NCBI GenBank assembly: GCA_965223905.1
Contig: CBDCXV010000002.1
Location: 224,001 to 288,000 of the forward strand
DNA length: 64,000 nucleotides
Origin: Candidatus Latescibacterota bacterium
Lineage (GTDB): Bacteria > Latescibacterota > UBA2968 > UBA8231
Reading direction: 5' to 3'
Shown one piece after another: positions 59,271 to 64,000 of the stretch. Under the pieces are notes generated by a model. The model was not told the origin of the DNA. It saw nothing but the letters and a program-made list of their open reading frames with translations, and did no database searches. Every line of letters begins with the position of its first letter. Within the stretch, counting starts at the first letter, position 1. Position numbers and translations under genes: made by a program.

Positions 59271-60656
59271 TCACTTGGCGCAGCGAAAGCCGACGTGAGT
59301 GGATCGCTGAGACGGATCCATGGACCCTCGTGTCACCGAGCGCACGCTGGCGGCATCATCAATCCAGCTGCCGCCGCGAATGGCCCTATGTGGCGTCCGG
59401 TCCGCTGCCGCCGGGGTTGCCGGGTCAGCCCTGGCAATGGTCTCCAGAGCGATCTCCCCAAACGTTGCGTTGTTGCGTTCCGTGGTATTGATAAAGCGAC
59501 CGAGCTCCCTGGCGATGTCGCGCTCGATATCCACGTACAGGCGCTCGTCGTACCAGTCAGATGTCCATTCCCACACATTGCCCGCCATGTCGTAGGCGCC
59601 CACATCGCTGCGGCCCCGCACATAGCTGCCCACATCCACAGTGCGCCGTACGTTGCCGGAAATCTCCCCTCCGAAGTTCAGCCGCGCCGCGTCGGGATCG
59701 TCACTTCCCCAGGGGTAGAGATCTCGTACCCCTGCCGTCAATACGGTTTGGCGGAGAAGATTCAAAATGTCCGCCTCGAACCTCTCCCCAGCATCGGAAT
59801 CCCGCAACTCGGCTTGACTCGCCGCTGAGTCGAAGGCGGAGCGAAAACGCCGGACGATCGTGTCGAAGTTCGAGTTGAAACTTCCGGTGCTTCCCCCCCC
59901 CCGCGCGGCGCGCTCCCACTCTGCTTCTGTCGGCAGGCGCTTTCCAACCGACTCGCAATAGGCCACAGCATCCTCCCAGATCACGCCGACGACCGGTTGC
60001 AGGTCGCCACCGAAATCCTCCAGGTTTCCGAAGTCGTGCGCCCGCTGATCGGCCTGCAGAAACTTCCGGTACTCGGAGTTCGTGACCTCGTAGCGATCAA
60101 TCTCGAAAGCGCTGAGAATGATCACCTGACCGGGGGCTTCACCGACATACCCTGCGGACTCGCGGTGACCGAAGCGGATATCCGGGATCTGGGACGGGTC
60201 GACTCCCAGCACGGAAATACCCGCTGGTACCGAGATCATCGATCCCAGATCTGAGGGCGGGTCAAAAGATTCCTTCACCGTTATGACGACATGGTCCGAG
60301 ACCCAGGTGTCGGCGAAGCGGCTGCTGCTCATCCAGAGAAGGAAAGGAAAGACCCCCGCCTCCCTAGCTGTGAAATGAACCATCGGCGAATTGGCATTCT
60401 CCAGCTGAATGCGCGGCGACAGGCTTTCCCATTCATACCGCAAGGCGCCGCCGCCAGCTGAGGCGCTGCCGTCGAGGCTCACACTCTCTCCCGTCAGGAC
60501 GGACTGATCGGGGCCGGCGTCCGGGCGCAGTTCGTCGGAAGCCTTGCGCGTTGAGATCGAGTCGTCGCTGCCACACGCCACCAGACACAGCACGATCAGA
60601 GCTGGGTGTGACCGGACGAAAGCACGCAGATTGCGGGAACGGTCAGCGGCGCCCAT
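59271..60656 (-). CDS. PKD + FGE/SUMF1-fold lipoprotein
   Basis: LVAC lipobox; DAGPDQ..LDGS; YEVTN, RLPTEAEWE.AARG, DMAGNVWEW, RGGSW, GFRC. Confidence 0.88.
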   Translation of the reverse strand: MGAADRSRNLRAFVRSHPALIVLCLVACGSDDSISTRKASDELRPDAGPDQSVLTGESVSLDGSASAGGGALRYEWESLSPRIQLENANSPMVHFTAREAGVFPFLLWMSSSRFADTWVSDHVVITVKESFDPPSDLGSMISVPAGISVLGVDPSQIPDIRFGHRESAGYVGEAPGQVIILSAFEIDRYEVTNSEYRKFLQADQRAHDFGNLEDFGGDLQPVVGVIWEDAVAYCESVGKRLPTEAEWERAARGGGSTGSFNSNFDTIVRRFRSAFDSAASQAELRDSDAGERFEADILNLLRQTVLTAGVRDLYPWGSDDPDAARLNFGGEISGNVRRTVDVGSYVRGRSDVGAYDMAGNVWEWTSDWYDERLYVDIERDIARELGRFINTTERNNATFGEIALETIARADPATPAAADRTPHRAIRGGSWIDDAASVRSVTRGSMDPSQRSTHVGFRCAK

Positions 60657-60687
60657 GTGCCCCCTGAAACACGATACCCACCTTCTC

Positions 60688-61110
60688 TTATCCCTCCCTG
60701 GCGAAGGCAATGCCCACGATACCCTGACCACGGGCGATGTCGGCAATGGTCACGACCGTGTGATGCAGAGTGCTTGGATGGGCCTGAAGGATCATGTTCT
60801 CCGTCTTCAGTCGTTCCCTGAGCTGTTTGATACCCTCGCCAAGATCGTCCATTGTGACCGGCTCGCCGTTCAACTCCATGGTGCCGTTTTCTTCGACGAT
60901 CAGGTTGATATCCTTGCCCGGTTGGGTCTCTGCAGCCGCCGCTTTGGGCATGTCTACGTTCAACCCCTTCGTGGTGATGAACACCGTTGTCACCATGAAG
61001 AATATCAACAGCATGAAGACGCAGTCGATCAAAGGGGTGAGGTCGACGCTCTCCTCCCGCAACAGGGACAACCCCTTCAAATGCTCCTGTATCTTGCGAC
61101 TGGCTCCCAT
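60688..61110 (-). CDS. exbD: ExbD/TolR family protein (second)
   Basis: VDLTPLIDCVFMLLIFFMVTT, VDMPKA. Confidence 0.92.
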   Translation of the reverse strand: MGASRKIQEHLKGLSLLREESVDLTPLIDCVFMLLIFFMVTTVFITTKGLNVDMPKAAAAETQPGKDINLIVEENGTMELNGEPVTMDDLGEGIKQLRERLKTENMILQAHPSTLHHTVVTIADIARGQGIVGIAFAREG

Positions 61111-61143
61111 GGCTCGCTAGCGCTGACTCGGGTCCATGATTCT

Positions 61144-61782
61144 CTATTGCTGACGGCTCTTGATCAGGGTATTTCCGAAAGCGTGGAAGAAAACCTCCCC
61201 GCGCTCGACAATGCCCTCGGCTCGCGAGGCAAGATAGCGATAGAAGATGATCGACGGGATGGCGATGATGAGACCGCCCGCGGTGGTCAACAGCGCCTTG
61301 GAAATACCGCCCGCAACGACTTGAGGATCGCCGGTTCCGGCGCGGGCGATCGCATCGAAGGCCTCGATCATTCCGACGATGGTTCCCAGAAGTCCCAGGA
61401 GAGGAGCCACCGTACCGATGGTCGACAGAACCAGCAGGAATCGACCCAGGTATTTACGCGACGTTTGGGCTGTGGTCAGAGTCAGCTCGTCCCTCATGTC
61501 CTCCACCCCTCTTTCCTCGAGGACGAGGGTGTCGAACCGTTTCATGAGCGAGGCGAACACGAAGTTCGCGTAGCCTCGTCCCCCAGCGCAGTGATCGGCG
61601 GCCGCCTTCTCTCCCTGCCTGATGACTATGGCCTCGACCTCGCCAAGTTCACTCTCGATTTCTTCTTCACTCGGCGCTCGATGGAGCACGATCAGGCGTT
61701 CCAGCAACACGGCCAGCGCCACGATCGACATGGCGACGAGAATGTACATGATCCCGCCGCCGCTTCGAATCAATTCCAGCAT
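61144..61782 (-). CDS. exbB: MotA/TolQ/ExbB proton channel protein
   Basis: APLLGLLGTIVGMIEAF, AGGISKALLTTAGGLIIAIP. Confidence 0.93.
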   Translation of the reverse strand: MLELIRSGGGIMYILVAMSIVALAVLLERLIVLHRAPSEEEIESELGEVEAIVIRQGEKAAADHCAGGRGYANFVFASLMKRFDTLVLEERGVEDMRDELTLTTAQTSRKYLGRFLLVLSTIGTVAPLLGLLGTIVGMIEAFDAIARAGTGDPQVVAGGISKALLTTAGGLIIAIPSIIFYRYLASRAEGIVERGEVFFHAFGNTLIKSRQQ

Positions 61783-61798
61783 CCTGATCCTTCCTTTC

Positions 61799-64000
61799 TC
61801 ACAGTCTGTTCCTGACGATCCAATTCAGATGTTCCTCTGCAAAGGCCACGGCAGACGCGCTCGTCGAATCCTCCCGATACGACTCCAACAGATTCCGGTA
61901 CACTTTGGCCGCGTCCTTCCACTTGTGCAAGAACTCGTAACTCATGCCGAGATTTGCCATTGCCCCGGCACGCGTCTCGGTCCCCTCATAGATGGAAACC
62001 ACCTCCTCCAGTGCCGCGGCAGCCTGGTCGTACACCTCCTGGTCGAAGAGCGACATGGCGTTCTCGTACTTGATATACGCCTGGATCTCCTCTACCTCGG
62101 CGAGGAGCCCCTGCGCTTCGGTTGCCATCTTCGACTCTGGATGGTCTTCGATTACCTGGCGATACATCTGTGCGGCGGTATCGTAATCCTTCCCGTTGAA
62201 GTAGTAGTCTCCAAGCGTGAACTGTGCACTCGGCGCCAGAGTGCTTGTCGGGAAGCGGTCCAGGAGTTCCTCGAATCGTTTCACCGCATCTTCCTGGCGT
62301 TCCAGCTCGAAATAGCACCAGGCGAGGTTATATATTGAGTTGTCGACGAAGTCGGATTGAGGGTAGTCCGTCACGACACGTTTGTAGGCTGTCGTCGCTT
62401 CTTCGAAACGCCTCAGGTTGAACAGGTTTTCACCGCGCTGGAAGAGCGCTTCGGAGACGACCCCGCTCCTCGGAAAACGTTCGACAAGCAGGCCGAACCA
62501 TTCAGCTGCCGAAGCAAAGTCCGTCTGCTGCAGGTGGGAGTAGGCCAGTAGGTAGTACGCGTTCTCGACGTTCGGATTGTCCGGAAATTCGTCGATGAAA
62601 TCCCGCAGCAGTGGAATCATCTGCTCGGTAGCGCCCAGAGAGAAGGAGGACACCGCCTTGCCGAAGAGCAGATCGGCCCTCAGTGATGATCGCGGAAACC
62701 GCGTCAGCGCTTCGTCGAAGATACGCCGGGCTCCTTCGTGCTCTTCGAGTCGTCCGTGGGAATCTCCCATGACAAACAGGGCGCGTTCTTCGAGCAGGTA
62801 TCCCCGGTCTGCGGAGCTGTCATGAAAGTCCGAATCGACGATGCTCTGACACTGTGCTAGCGCTTCCCGGTAGCGCTCCAGACTGTAATAGAGCTCTGCC
62901 AGCAACAGAGTGAACTCCGCCTTTTCAGTGGAATTGTCGCTGGCTGCGATAATGGCCTGGTAATCCACAATCGCTTCCGCCTTGCGACCGCTTCTCACGT
63001 AACACTGGGCGAGCAGCCGATGGGCTTGATCTTTCATGTCGAGGGGTGGGTTCAGACGAAGCAGCTCTTCCAGATCGGGGATGGCGCTGGCCACGTCCCC
63101 ACCCTGGAAGTACGAGGTCCCCCGACCCAAAAGCGATCCCAGGGTGATGACGACGTCCTCACTGTTTTTCCGGGCGTTGCCGAAAGCGGCGGCGGCGGCG
63201 GCGTGTCGACCCTGCTCGAAGTTGACCCTGGCGAGCACATAGTAAAGCTCTGCGGGGGCCAGATTTCCCAGGGAAACTGCTAACCCAAGCAGCAACAGCT
63301 CCTCGGCTTTTTCGAGGCGGCCGACACGCAGGAGGAATTCGCCACCCATGATCCCGGCCTTCGTCCACATCGCCGATGTGGGCGGGATACGGTCCAGAGA
63401 CGCTGTCGCCTCGTCATAGCGTCTCGCATCTCTGTAGGCAAGTGCCAGCTCGAGCAGTATCTGGTCCCTGCCGGCTCTTTCCGGATAGATTCGCAGATAC
63501 TCTTCGTAGAGCGCTGCCGAGCGTTCGAAATCGGCTTGCAGGTAGTGGATACGCGCGGTCTGCAGCCGAGCCCGTGCCAGCACTTCGGGCCGGTTTGGGT
63601 GTTTCCTGGCGATCGCCTCGAAGAGCTCGAGCGCCATGGCCAGGTCACCTCTCTGCTCCCGCCGCTGGGTGGAAAGGCCGGCACCAAACAGACTTTCTGC
63701 CCCCAGCTCCGTGCCGGGGTGGTCCTCGATTACCTGGAGATAGGACTTTCGGGCATTCCCGTAATTCTCACCAGCGCTCCACGCCCCACCGTTCTCCTCG
63801 GCCCGGTCCGCCTCGGCCAGTTCGAAGTAACACTGAGCAACCTGAAATCGTGCCCGATCCATTCCCAGGTCGCCGCCCACAGGCGCATCGCCGTAAGCGC
63901 TGATATAGATGAGGTACTCTTCCAGAGCATTGCGGAATTGTCGCGCTTGGTAATAGCGCCGGCCGATGCGCGCCTGCATGCGGGCGCGGAACCCGGTCTC
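61799..64000 (-). CDS. Large periplasmic-type TPR protein (CpoB/BamD-like repeats), 5' truncated
   Basis: Many ..FP.S...A.F..G TPR units; frame runs to the window edge. Confidence 0.85.
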   Translation of the reverse strand, partial: ETGFRARMQARIGRRYYQARQFRNALEEYLIYISAYGDAPVGGDLGMDRARFQVAQCYFELAEADRAEENGGAWSAGENYGNARKSYLQVIEDHPGTELGAESLFGAGLSTQRREQRGDLAMALELFEAIARKHPNRPEVLARARLQTARIHYLQADFERSAALYEEYLRIYPERAGRDQILLELALAYRDARRYDEATASLDRIPPTSAMWTKAGIMGGEFLLRVGRLEKAEELLLLGLAVSLGNLAPAELYYVLARVNFEQGRHAAAAAAFGNARKNSEDVVITLGSLLGRGTSYFQGGDVASAIPDLEELLRLNPPLDMKDQAHRLLAQCYVRSGRKAEAIVDYQAIIAASDNSTEKAEFTLLLAELYYSLERYREALAQCQSIVDSDFHDSSADRGYLLEERALFVMGDSHGRLEEHEGARRIFDEALTRFPRSSLRADLLFGKAVSSFSLGATEQMIPLLRDFIDEFPDNPNVENAYYLLAYSHLQQTDFASAAEWFGLLVERFPRSGVVSEALFQRGENLFNLRRFEEATTAYKRVVTDYPQSDFVDNSIYNLAWCYFELERQEDAVKRFEELLDRFPTSTLAPSAQFTLGDYYFNGKDYDTAAQMYRQVIEDHPESKMATEAQGLLAEVEEIQAYIKYENAMSLFDQEVYDQAAAALEEVVSIYEGTETRAGAMANLGMSYEFLHKWKDAAKVYRNLLESYREDSTSASAVAFAEEHLNWIVRNRL

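Noticed and set aside
59271-59400. FGE/CLec C-terminus as a diversity-generating retroelement target
   Set aside because: No reverse transcriptase or template-repeat copy seen in the window
58836-61782. Canonical Tol-Pal or TonB operon
   Set aside because: No tolA/tolB/pal, TonB_C or receptor in the visible part; the upstream end lies outside the window, so this is not fully excluded
1-64000. CRISPR array, cas genes, tRNA or rRNA
   Set aside because: No regularly spaced repeats, cas motifs, cloverleafs or rRNA signatures seen by eye

Overview
GC-rich bacterial window. Gene content (PorU/PorV-like genes, T9SS-type C-terminal domains, DUF6785, CRTAC1/ASPIC-UnbV, DUF4159, a C-terminal SWGxxK tail) suggests an FCB-group organism such as Latescibacterota, possibly host-associated; this is inference. 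1-24.6 kb looks like core genome: rpmB, a seven-gene T9SS-attachment-like operon (3.9-18.6 kb), folK/folB, and an iron-uptake operon (porin, imelysin, di-heme protein) with a structured leader. 24.7-64 kb looks accessory and is visibly less GC-rich. It holds a decaying sugar/sugar-acid catabolic region (about eight pseudogenes or remnants, an intact ISL3 with target duplication, an IS21 remnant). It also holds a minus-strand envelope cluster: TPR, ExbB, two ExbD, an FGE-fold lipoprotein, a TonB-like DUF4159 protein, a 910-aa exported protein, a lipoprotein, an SWGxxK-tailed secreted protein and TPR/CRTAC1 genes. Best candidates for something new: (1) this ExbBD/DUF4159 cluster as an undescribed PMF-driven envelope or secretion machine; (2) a short AVE...SWGxxK sorting tail beside classical T9SS CTDs; (3) a PorU homologue with Ser at the catalytic Cys position, next to an M6 pseudo-protease with a probable CTG start. 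All family calls come from motif recognition by eye; no searches were run.
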